From: Mizuhopecten yessoensis
Lineage: Eukaryota
Reading direction: 5' to 3'
Length of the DNA stretch: 64,000 nucleotides
NCBI RefSeq assembly: GCF_002113885.1
Contig: NW_018407597.1
Coordinates: 379,711-443,710 of the forward strand
Shown in pieces: positions 52,466 to 64,000 of this stretch; positions within the stretch are counted from its first letter, which is position 1, and every line of letters begins with the position of its first letter. Both the position numbers and the translations under genes were made by a program. The notes below the pieces were generated by a model that did no database searches, had not been told where the DNA came from, and saw only the letters and a program-made list of their open reading frames with translations.

Positions 52466-54914
52466 TTGGTTTATCCACCATGTTATTTATATCTCTGCAA
52501 CTACTATATATGTAAGTATCTCACAATCTCTATATGAAACATAGGATAAGAGTAAGATACAATGTAATTTACATTGAAGGAAAAGGAGCATACATACAGA
52601 CCAATGTCTTATATTAATCTTTGGAAAGAAAAATTTCCTGAAATAGAATAAATTACAAATGTATAAATATTTCATGTAATGATATACATTCAAGGGCAAG
52701 CAACCCCTATTTTTACATTGAATAAATTATTTCAACACAAAATAAATAAATAAATATTCAAAGATACATGAATATATTTTAATCATATCAATAATGATTC
52801 TGTTTCTAATATGATGTGTTTTTCTCGTTTCAGATATCGCGCAATATCATGTTATGTTTGGTTCATCTGTGGAAATCCGTCTGTTCATTGTTGTATTTAA
52901 ATATTATTATTGCTGCCGCTCATCATTCATTAATAAAAAAAACATGTACAATAAACATTTGATTTTGAATTAATTTATGATACATTCATATAGATTTTTG
53001 ATATATGTTGTTTATTTCCAATTTTTTACGTTAAATATTTTGCTATAATTCAAGGGAATACATATTATTTCCCGCAACATTGAACACGATTTTAGTTTGA
53101 CTACAATACAGCTTCTAGTTTCCATGAAAATGTATCTTCACATTTTTTTTTTGTATATATCATCGTTCAGTTTTATGAGTGGTAATTAATATGTATTGGT
53201 CTGAATTTTTAACAAAGTTTTCAGTACAAACAATGTGAATTCGAAATACCTATTATTGCTCACAAAGGTGAACAAGAGTTTATTTTCTAAAACACATTTT
53301 TCGTTTTCATAAAAATAGATAAATTCACATCGGGTTTTTTCATAAATGCATCATTATTCATTTTTTTGTATCGTAATATTTATTTCACTGTAACGAAAAT
53401 GCGCACGATTAAACGACGTATGCCAGTGAAATGATGTCAAAAGTTCGAATCGGTTCCTGAAGCAGTAATGCGATATCAACAAACATCATGGTACTTGTTT
53501 TCACACCATTCACATTCCATGGAGTGTAACTTTTATCCAGCGCTAGGTTTACTAATTTACTCTGTTTTACAAGTTCTCTCCAAATCAGAAACCATATGCG
53601 TTATATACAAACTGAAACATCACAAGAAAAGAAAAAGTTCCTATTCCGAAATATTCTTGGAAATGAGAACATCCTGTCTACAACACTTTTAAGTATAAGT
53701 GATGCTACCATGGCAGTAACCTAGTTAGGGTATTTAAGAGCTGTAGTGTAATTAACATGTTTGAAATAACATGTATGTCATATAAACATGGACATATATA
53801 TAATCTTGTTGTGTATTTATATTTAACAACAGATGTTTCCCATATTAAACACATGTTGCGAAGAATTTGCAGAATTACATAAATTCGGAAACGATAATAC
53901 ATACTATAAACAAGGACAGCGATTCCAATTGGTCGTACCTCGACTTATCCACTGCTGATCGTGCACTTAATTAAAACTGTTGCTATCAATGAATCGTTAA
54001 TGCAGCAGTAAACCAAAAAGAAAAATACATTCTATATCACCAGGCAAAGTATCTTTTATCCAGATATTACAATTTCTCTTTGGAAAACTAAAAAATGGAA
54101 AGAAGAAGAAGTTAAACTGTTCCTCACGATTACAACTTGTACAGTAGTACCTTTACCTTAACCTATTCTTAACTTAGTAACCTTCTGTCAGTAAATAGTA
54201 ACTATTGGCCGAGGAATTGTGCTAATATGAACTATAAGTTGTCAGCCATTCGTGATCAAACCCAATATTCATGTTATTCAACGCCATAGTCTCAGTAGCG
54301 CCTCCCAGTCCTTATCGGTTGGCTTGCCAAATATCTTGTCTAACCTAGCGCTATTTGCCTGTTATAGTCATTTAATGCATTCCCTGTAGCTCGTCCCGCA
54401 TATTACCTTAGAGATAAGGGAGAGCCTTGATGTGGACACCAGTGTTATAGTTTGCAAGGCAGTGATTCTTTTCTGGTAATAAATTAATTAGATTATTTTG
54501 GGTAATATAAGCAAAGCGTACAACATACTAAAACATCACAGTTCATTTGTGAGATAAATAAGCTGAGCGGGAATTCGATAGTTTGGTTATCGACATACCT
54601 TAAAAGCAAAAGCAGAGTGTGTTTAATATGCTGAATTGGCTGACACGATATCTGGAGTTTCATCAGGATCTACATTGCTTTTTCATCGTTTTATTTCTAT
54701 TTATTCATTCATTTAATAACAACAAGGAGATAATCTCAATCCATTTGCCAAAATAAATTTTCAGTTTATAAAAGTCAAATTTCCATCACGTACATACAAA
54801 AACAAACTTTTGAAAAAACCAACACCCACGTACACCTCTACTGGTCATGGATACAATAATAATAAAGTATATTTCTTCTCATAAGCTCTTACGGCGTATT
54901 AATATATAGCATGT

Positions 54915-56636
54915 GATAAGCAGAGCTTTAAAACAGTTCTTGTAATTAATTAATTCAACTGAGGGCATTAAAATGTTGAAATGCATATTTTATATATCCG
55001 TCCAATTTTAAAATACATTTTTATGGAACAGAATGCGAATGACGACCTGAAATAGTAGAAAGTGTTCCATTATAACTAGCTCACATTGCCACAGGTGGTA
55101 TTCACTTCGCTTGGTTGTAAATATTATACCGAGAGAAGCTTAACACCCCTACAACTATGGTAAATTATCATACCAGAAATACAACTGCAAACAATGATGC
55201 AGAAGACGTTTACCCGTCAGGCACAACTGGAATGATTCTCGTTGTACTTTTAAACGGTCTCTATGTAAAATTTCCTTTGTTCGTTTTTTACGCTAGTTTA
55301 AAAAAAATTGAATTCGAATTATGATTTGTTGATAATTCTGTATTTTCCTGTTTTTCCTGTTTTTCTGTCTTAAATAATAAATATTTAGAACAGCCGACCT
55401 TCCACTGTAAAACCTGACCAAGTTTCAATTGTATTTGATTGTCAATAATCTAATTTCAGTGTCAATCGATAATGTTTGTGGCAGCAGATCAGATTTAATC
55501 TACCTTGCTATATTGCCGATGGGGTTTAGTTCTTTAACTGATGACATAGGTTTCGCAAACGTTGAATTACACGGTAATAAAACTGTAAATGTCATTTTAT
55601 ATTGCTCTGAATTAACAAAAGAAAAAGATACTGCTCGGCAGATATACATTATCATCTTACAATAAACAATATCATCGTACACAGAATGCTTGTCCATTAG
55701 GAACTTTTAATGAGATGAAAATATGTATGGAAATATTGAAATGAGATGAAATCGAGGTCAATATCAATTTATATGTCCATATAACCACATATTCAACAAA
55801 GAATTTTTGTCTTTGATAAAATATTATAATTAAGGATTAACATTCTATTTAGTTTAGGTTATCGGGTGATAACTACAATGGAACTCGAAGCCGATTATGA
55901 TTAGGCCACCGTGACATGATACGACTAGACTAGGACTTATACGAACAAAATCGGCTGCATATCTTTAAAATAAACATCACATTGGTTTGTATGTTCGCTC
56001 TTAAACATGTAATCATAACTCATTAGCGATTATTCTTACTTCAAAGTTGATCTTTTCGGCTATTTTTAGCACAACTTGCAAAGTTGCGTAAGCCGATGCA
56101 CTCATACAATACTTCACTCGCGCTCGTTAACTGTTATAATAAAATCATATCGTTGTCATTCCATTTACAGTTTTTCTCAACGTTTATATTTAATACCCAA
56201 AGATGTCCCGTTTGATTCCGGAACGCTATAATATGGCACAAACGGCTCGCAGTTTTGGAACTCTCCCGTATTTTTGTAGACTCCACGGCAACGGTAACTA
56301 GGCATAGCGTCTACAAAATCATAAACATTCGAAGCAATTTGATAATTTTGATTTTAACTTCAATCATTAGAAAACCCAGTTCTTGAACTAACTATCAGTA
56401 TTTAGGCAGGCATAATTATGACATGTAGGTCATGTAAATTTATCGAACCCGTCCTGTGATTACCATTATCTACCAGTCTTATCGAGTGCAGTTGAAAATA
56501 TTACGGCAAAATTGTTGTTTATCGAACGTTATTGTCAAAATTGAATTTACTATTTTATTTCTGGGTACTGTTTACACCATGTCATCAAAGTAAGAGTATG
56601 TAAATGAACACGTAGAAAAACACAAAATCCAGCCGT
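54915..56636. other. ~1.72 kb segment present only in unit 3
   Basis: Unit 2 reads TAGCATGT|CCTGTCAGTCGG contiguously. Here the two halves are separated by 1722 bp, with GT at both junctions. Confidence 0.85.
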
Positions 56637-59600
56637 CCTGTCAGTCGGTGCAGTCATCAAAGAGTCGGGCGCTGTAAACAACGACGTCATCTGAATGTAT
56701 AAATTTAACAATGTATTTATACATTTCAACAATGTATCTTTTGCATGAATACACTAATGAGTTGTACAAAACTGGTATCCCCGGTACTTCTGTTTACTAT
56801 CGAAAATAGCAATGGAAACCCCCGGATTGTTGACGTACACATATGTACAAGATGTATGTATTACTAGGGGAACGAGAATGACTGTCGTTATCGAGTGATA
56901 ATGACAATATAACCTCAACAAAGGTTATTGAGTCAATTACACTTGAAACTGTAAATATTGTATTTTATTGATAAATAAGTTGGATCGCGTGAGCACAGCG
57001 TCATGAGGAAAGTTCTGTATTTTTCATATATTATTTGACTTTATAATTAGTATATTGACTGATGTTTGCTTAAAATGTAACTAAATAATATAACACATTA
57101 TTAAGTTCCATGATATATTATTCATGAGGATGAATGGAAATTTATTTCGTCTTATAATATGCTTCATAGCAAATTTGACTATCCTTCTAATGAGCCAGTA
57201 TTAAAAACAAATATATGGTTATGTATTATAAAACAAAAACAAAAAAATGTATCATTCATTTTTAACAATAACAATTTTGTACCACATTCAGTATAATTGA
57301 TTGTAATATTCAACGATTCTTTTACTCGACCAGTTTGTACTCCAGATAAATGATGACCAAACCTTTGTTCCACGCCGGCTTCTTATTTTGCTCTTGATCT
57401 CCTGTGATTATACTATGATACCAAGTCTTTTACACACCTCTTTTAATTTGGTAACTTTTACTGCTTTAGATATAAAACAATTACATAGTTTGCTATCACA
57501 CACAACGATATTAAGAAGATAATGTATTTCAATGTTTATCACTTGTTATTTTATTAAATATTTCATTTATTTATTTATCATTTTTGTTTTTGTATAATTC
57601 ATTAAATTATTATGAATGGTCGACCGGCAGAGTGGTAGCGTACTCACCTTACACCTAAATGAATGGGCTTGATTCCCTGATCGGACGTGAAAAGGTACAG
57701 GGTCACCTGCCCGTCCACTTGGGTGTCTCCGGGTATCCCGGTTTCCTCATACATTAGAATACCCTTGTGCGCTACATACTATACCACCAATGCCATAACG
57801 ACTAATCAATTTAAGTTTCATAAATTTGTTTAATAATGTTGTATATTAAGCAAAGTTTGATTTAATAATTATCATACTTATGTGCCAGTGACAGGAAGTG
57901 TAAACAAAAATTATTTTTATTGATCATTTGGAATCGTTTTGTTCTTGTCACAAAATAATACATCGGGTTTCCAATACATTATATCAAAATTATATAAAAA
58001 CCCAGCATCTGAGTTTTAATAACATCATACAGCTGGACTGACACATATCATCAAGTGATTTTTTAACGTATCGAAAATTCGTTTTTTAATTTGAAACTTT
58101 TCCGAAAATGTAAATATTCATATACTATTCTATTAATAATTATTAATATTTAATTGCCTATATTCAATGATTCTACACGTATTACTGTTTAGAATTTAAA
58201 CGACTTAAAATGATTTCATGGAAAGATGCTACGTATAGGGAACAATGTTACTTTAAAGGCTAAAATAATTTAAATTACATACATCTCTTGACCATATCGA
58301 AGTGCTGCTGTCAACAAAGTGATACTGCTGTGAAGTAGAAGGAGACAGATATTGCAAGAAAAACGGGGAAACCAATAGATTATATTTATTTCGTATATGT
58401 GACTTATCGATAACAGTAAGATGTTTTAAGAATGAAATTTCTTTACAACATTCTACACTCTAAATCATAAAAAGTTGAAAAGGGATGATGTAAATACGCG
58501 GAAAGAACTAACCATGTTTTCAATTTTATCCATTTCCGGCGCAGTCGGTAACTCTTACTTTAGTTTGAGGTTATTTGACGGGTACACTGTTGCTGCACAT
58601 ACTGTTGTGTTGCTCTTTGAATACATTTCGGCTCATGGACCCGGGTTTTTTCGGAAAATGAGTGTATAAGTTATTGTAAGCTATTACTAAAATATTTTTT
58701 TGGGGGGAAATTCGAAAGTTTGCGCCTGTTAGGGGAATTACTGAATCAAATTTGTAAACGCAAATATCCTTAGTTATCGTAGATACAGCAAATATACCAT
58801 ATCTAGACGTCTTGTAGAAATTAAACTGCTTATCTATCCTTCTTCATTTTTCACATTTCAAGATGTATGTATCAACGCAATGTCTGTAACTTTGAAATTT
58901 GACGAGTTCAAATAACCACCTTCTTTTGGGAAATATCTGTGATTGTCTTCTTCTGTGATTGAGGTTCTTTTTCCTAATACATTTGTACTATATCTATTAA
59001 CTTTCAAAGAAATGGCTCCGAATTATACGCACATTGGACGTTTGAGTAATTTTTCATAGCATTAACTAAACGGTGCTCGGAGATAGTGGAATACCCAGAT
59101 CATTTACTATGGATGATAAAAACTACATTTAAAAATAATTGTAGAATTTTGCAAACTGAAAAACTGTTTCCGATTCAACCACTCTTGACCAAAGTCTTAT
59201 CTAAAATTGAAAACAATAGGTCGAATTCCCAATACATTGTATATTTACAAATTTGTCATTGTTAGTAAAAAATATAAAAAGATGTTTTCATGATACGAAC
59301 GCTACATGTAGGAGAAAATTTTGTTGTAATGACTACAAAGTGTCCAAAGTAACATGTAATAATCATAAAAACATGTAATACCCGATATTTGCTGAGAAAA
59401 TGTATCAACGTGTATGTTCCTTAAAAAAACACCGTACACCTGATGATATCGTTCATGGTAACTATTTTACAATTTTACATTTATACCCCTTATTATCAAA
59501 TAAACAAACTACCTGTTTTAGGATAACACTTGTTGGAACATGGAAATATACATTATTATTTGATACACAAGCGACTTGTTTCAGTGAAACAATACTTATT

Positions 59601-60164
59601 GTGAAATGAAAATAAATCTTATTTTTAAATATAAGTATCCCATTTTTGTTGTCTGCTACTCATCACTTCGAACAAAAAGATAATGCTATTTTGTTTTCGT
59701 TCGTATCAACATTAATGCCAAAGATTTCAACGTAATTCAATTTAACATCTATGATCTTTCAGAAATTTACAATAAATACAATGTAAACACACTTTCAAAC
59801 ACATTTTATCTAATCTAATTTAATGTACCTTCAGTCGGACTTTGTGGTTAAATGTAATGTCTTGCAATTAATTAATTTATATAAAATACTACAAAACAAG
59901 TTATCTAAATAAAAAATTGATAAAAATGAATAGATTTATATGTGGAAAGACCTTGTAGTGACTTTCATTTGATCTGTTGTTAAAAATGCTAGCCCTTCAA
60001 ATTGTTATATTGCGAAGGGAACTACACGAAATATGTTTCAACAGATACTGTTACGAGAGCTTACATATTTCTCAACATTTTACATGAAATGTAACATGTA
60101 CATAAGTTAACTAATACCAAACGCCGACGCCAATACTCTTCCCGTTTCTGCTTACCTGTACAAA

Positions 60165-60381
60165 GCATTGCACAAGGTTAGACACCCGTCTGGCGTGTTT
60201 ACATCATTGCATGCATCATGTCGTCTCGGCGATAGTAAGGAATATGCCGAAGGGCATCTAAAAAACGAAGCATAGCGGAAGCCGTTTCTTTTTCACATGG
60301 CATTGGAGGAATCGCTGAGTGTATATAAGGGGTTTATCCCAAGTCAATCGTTAGTATTTTACACCGTTCAGTGAGGTAAGT
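60165..60381 (+). promoter_or_regulatory. B4 promoter: TATA 60322, Inr TTAGT (A 60353), exon 1 60353-60375
   Basis: Same layout as B2 and B3. Confidence 0.72.
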
Positions 60382-60604
60382 AAACACAAAGCTACACGAT
60401 TTCTGAAAAGTCCTCATATTTACAAACCAATATGTGATATGATATTTTTGTATAGTTTATATTTGGAAATTACAATTTAGCCTTATATTTTTAACTTTGA
60501 TATATATATTTCATATTTATATTTCTATATTTTGAAGCAAATCCCTTTAATGCCTTTCACTTCACAGTATGCTTTGTTGTCTGTGTTACAGATATTCCGC
60601 CAAT

Positions 60605-61905
60605 ATGAGAACCGCCTGTGTCACCCTTTTTGTTGTCGTCGTCGCCCTGGGCCTCAGCGCCTGTCTTGGGCAGGATTGGGATGATGTTTACGATGACGAT
60701 AACTACTATGGTGTACCACAGTATTCGAGCGGCGGATATGCGACGAGTTACCCTCAGTATGGTGGAATGACGTACGGAAATGGATACGGAAAGGGATATG
60801 GACACGGCAAGGGATACGGAAAGGGATACGGAAAGGGCTACGGAAGGGTTGAGAGCACTGTTATCCGTGCCCCCTACGCAGCGCCTATGCCAATGTATAT
60901 GCCACCCCCACCTGTAATGCCCGTGGGAGGATTCGGAGGATTCGGAGGAGACGATGGCATTTTCGGTCAAAACAACGGTTTGAGTAAGTAGCCAAATTTC
61001 TGAAGCAGATGTTTCATACTTGATTCTTTAAATAAATTGAAAGAAAAAAGTGTTTTGCATGTCTGCTGTATTTTTTTTACTTATTTGTAAACAAAATGCT
61101 TTTTAAATGTGCTAAATTTTCTATGTAATATTGGAGCAAATTTTACTGCATATCCCTTGTATATTGCTCATTTTAATGTTACTCAATTGAATAACTTTAA
61201 AAAGAGAAATGAAAATAACTTACATAAAAAGGTATGATGCGACAACATAAAAAACCTGTCATGTTTCTCAAGACGGCAAAAATGTTCAATAAAATGATTT
61301 TATTAACAAATGAATAAACCTAGCAAGAAAACTGTCCCGAAGTGAAGAAAAGCATTTTAATTTCTATCAGTTATTTTTATAAACTGACCTTTATGACGGG
61401 GTGTTCATTTTTGGTTACCAGACAAGCGAAAATCTTCAATCGAACTTAATTCAACTAAATGTGTGAAACCTAAAAAAAACACCAAAAAACCCCAACGAAG
61501 CTGCAGCCATCTTTGTTTCAATTAAGTAGCTTATGGTGTTCCAGAGGCTATATAGAAAATATTAATATTTTTCTTTTAAAAGTGTGACATATCGGATAGC
61601 AACACGTTTTAATAATCAGTGTGTTATTAAATCTGTTGGGAGCTTAAATAACTTAAGCTCATAAAATGCTGATGCAGAGAATGGGGAATGTGTGTAATGA
61701 ATGAATTGAATATTTTAATCAAAATATTAAGTTGGCCTGAAATCATATTTATTAGTAATCAATTTGCATTGTACCTGAAATATGTCAAAACTCCTTGCAC
61801 TAAATCGTATAAATACTTATTAATTTCGTTTCGTATTTTTCAGTCTTCCTGCTTTTGTTGCTGCCATTCCTGCTCAGTAACTCCAACGGAGGACTTCTCG
61901 GTTAA
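60605..61905 (+). CDS. B4: paralog (146 aa) with a divergent 3' half
   Basis: Exons 60605-60983 and 61844-61905 (tail IFLLLLLPFLLSNSNGGLLG*). Intron 2 is 860 bp versus about 360 bp in B1-B3. 3'-UTR intron 61957-62280 and AATAAA near 62390-62405. Confidence 0.9.
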
Positions 61906-64000
61906 TTTGTTATTCAACATGACTGTTATATCTGTCTCTACAACTACTATATATATGTAAGTATAACGCAATCTCTATCCAAAACATTCGCTAAGAGTAA
62001 GATACGGCGTAATTTTGAATGCATAAACACTAACTTATTTGCTCAATCTTTGAAAACAAAATCTCAAAAATGGGACGAATAATACATGCATAAACATTAA
62101 TGAAATAATTTATATTCAAAGGCAAGCAACACCGATTTATTTATAAAGATAGGTATTTTTTTAAATCTCTTAGAAAAGAAAAGAAAAAAACAGTGTGTAT
62201 TCTTGCAGTTGTAATTCATTTGACATTGACGCACATTAAAAATGATCCTGTCTCTAATATGATGTTTTTACTCGTTTCAGATCTCGCGCAATATCACGTT
62301 ATGTTAGGCTGAACTGTGGAAATCCGTCTTATCATTGTTGAATTGATGTATTTAAATATCATTTTTGTTGCCGCTCATCATTCATCAATAAAAATTGTAC
62401 AATAAAACATATGATTTGGACTTAATTTATGATACATATATATGGATTTATGATATATTATTATTTTCCATTGCTTATTTTTAACATTTTGTTATAATTT
62501 AGGGGAATATATATTATTGCTCACAAAATTGAACGCGATTTCATTTTCTAAAAAACAGTTTCTCATTTTTACGAAATACATCTTTATATTTTATCATAAA
62601 TGTAGCAACGTCAATTTTATGAGTGATAATATGTAATGCATTGGATTTTGATTAAATGTTCTGTACAAAAACAATGTGATTCGATATATTTTTTCACATA
62701 TAATCAACACGATTATAGCGTTTCTCGATTTCAATTTGATCTTGAAATATAATCGATGGCATATCTGCCTATTTCCATTGCTATTGTTGAAAAATGTATT
62801 ACAATGTTCAAATATGAAACGATGACCGATTAAATACGAAGAGATGATTTCAAGAAATTGAGAAGCAGTCAAGCTGTATTTCATGAAAAAAAAATCGATT
62901 TGTTGACGAGTGACATGCTACTATTTGATATAAAGTAATGAATGTGCTGTTTTCACCAACTAGCGCCCGTGGTATGATATACATAATGAAATAACTAATG
63001 CATTGTTATTGTAATATGTTACTAGGGTAATCATGACGTTCCATTGACTTATAGATTTAATAACCGATCACAGTTGTTCTGAGTTTCATCAGACATTAAA
63101 ATCATGTGGTTACTTATCAAATATGACAAATTATAAGATGCTAAACATATTCCCACATTCTTCATTCGTTGGATCATTTTCACGTGGAGATCAATGTTTT
63201 GTGATATTGACTATTCATTACTTTTTGAGTTTCTATTTTAGAAACATTCTGTCAATATTCTCTTCAAGATGTCACTTCAATTGCTCTCTGCCAAAATGCA
63301 GTATTATTCTCTTGGTTATTTTATTATATTTCATTTTAATAATGAAAAGAGCATTATTGCATATGTAATATGATGTTTAAGGAATTTTATATTGGTGAAT
63401 ATGCCTCAGTCAATATATCCTTTCGAGTCCATATAAATACAAATTACCTCAAACACATTGATAAATATCACACCACATAAATTCTATATAACACAGCAGT
63501 TACATGATTCATTGCTATAACGTAGACAGAATAGAACGATAAATGCTACAACTTATTAACACGAAGTAGGAGGAACTGAACTCGGCCTAGACACGAGATG
63601 ATAGCAGGATTCTAAGAGATTCCAAAACAGAATATTGTAAAATATGCAAACTAAAAAAAGTGATAAAAAACATTGTTACAAAAATCCATTAAGTACTGTT
63701 TTGTTATCTTCGAACAGGTTGGGTTATTACGGATTGATATGCATGTTCTTGACATTTACGATGATATGAAACTCAATTATTTACATAAATATTCAATGGC
63801 GGAAGAAGCCCATCAAGGATAATTTATTGATAAACAACTTTTTTTTTACCATTATGCATACATTTATATCTGTTCTTATCGTTATATTTAAAACAAAACT
63901 AAACATTCTATTGCATGCATCTGTCTGTGTGGTTTCGTTTCGTTTCCTTCTTTCCTCAGCGTTGGTTGCTTTTTCCGCCAGACGACAAACAACAACCAGA

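Larger units (their letters stand above)
37189..61075 (+). repeat. Tandem segmental gene array: three long units (ATG-to-ATG 7266, 7200 and 8937 bp) giving four gene copies
   Basis: Intergenic and intronic sequences are near-identical across units, for example the repeated pseudo-ORFs at 41853/49483/58475 and 39036/46295/53468. Confidence 0.95.

Overview
AT-rich, intron-containing animal DNA, most likely a bivalve mollusc (inferred from the repeat families and shell-matrix-like genes). Splicing the sequence by hand gives six plus-strand genes for secreted proteins, none fully captured by the ORF track. (1) A 4-EF-hand secreted Ca2+-binding protein (about 2431/2789-7784). (2) A Gly/Tyr-rich protein, 'gene A' (24986-25806). 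(3-6) Four tandem near-identical Gly/Tyr/Lys-rich proteins, 'B1-B4' (37202-61905), on 7.2-8.9 kb repeat units. A and B form one family with the same 4-exon layout: tiny non-coding exon, main exon, short exon with a hydrophobic LLLLPLLL tail ending in Gly, and a 3'-UTR-only exon. The window looks like a biomineralisation or extracellular-structure gene cluster. B2 and B3 appear to be chimeras made by unequal crossing-over between B1-like and B4-like ancestors. The rest is transposon-rich: three LINEs (RTE-X-like, L2-like, and CR1-like with a 2A/StopGo motif), a Crypton tyrosine-recombinase element with a 152-bp terminal palindrome nested inside an ~8 kb TIR-bounded segment, a long-TIR MITE with a 9-bp TSD, foldback MITEs, tRNA-derived SINEs and small tandem repeats. 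Assembly gaps (N) occur at 16688, 23122-23168 and 47763.
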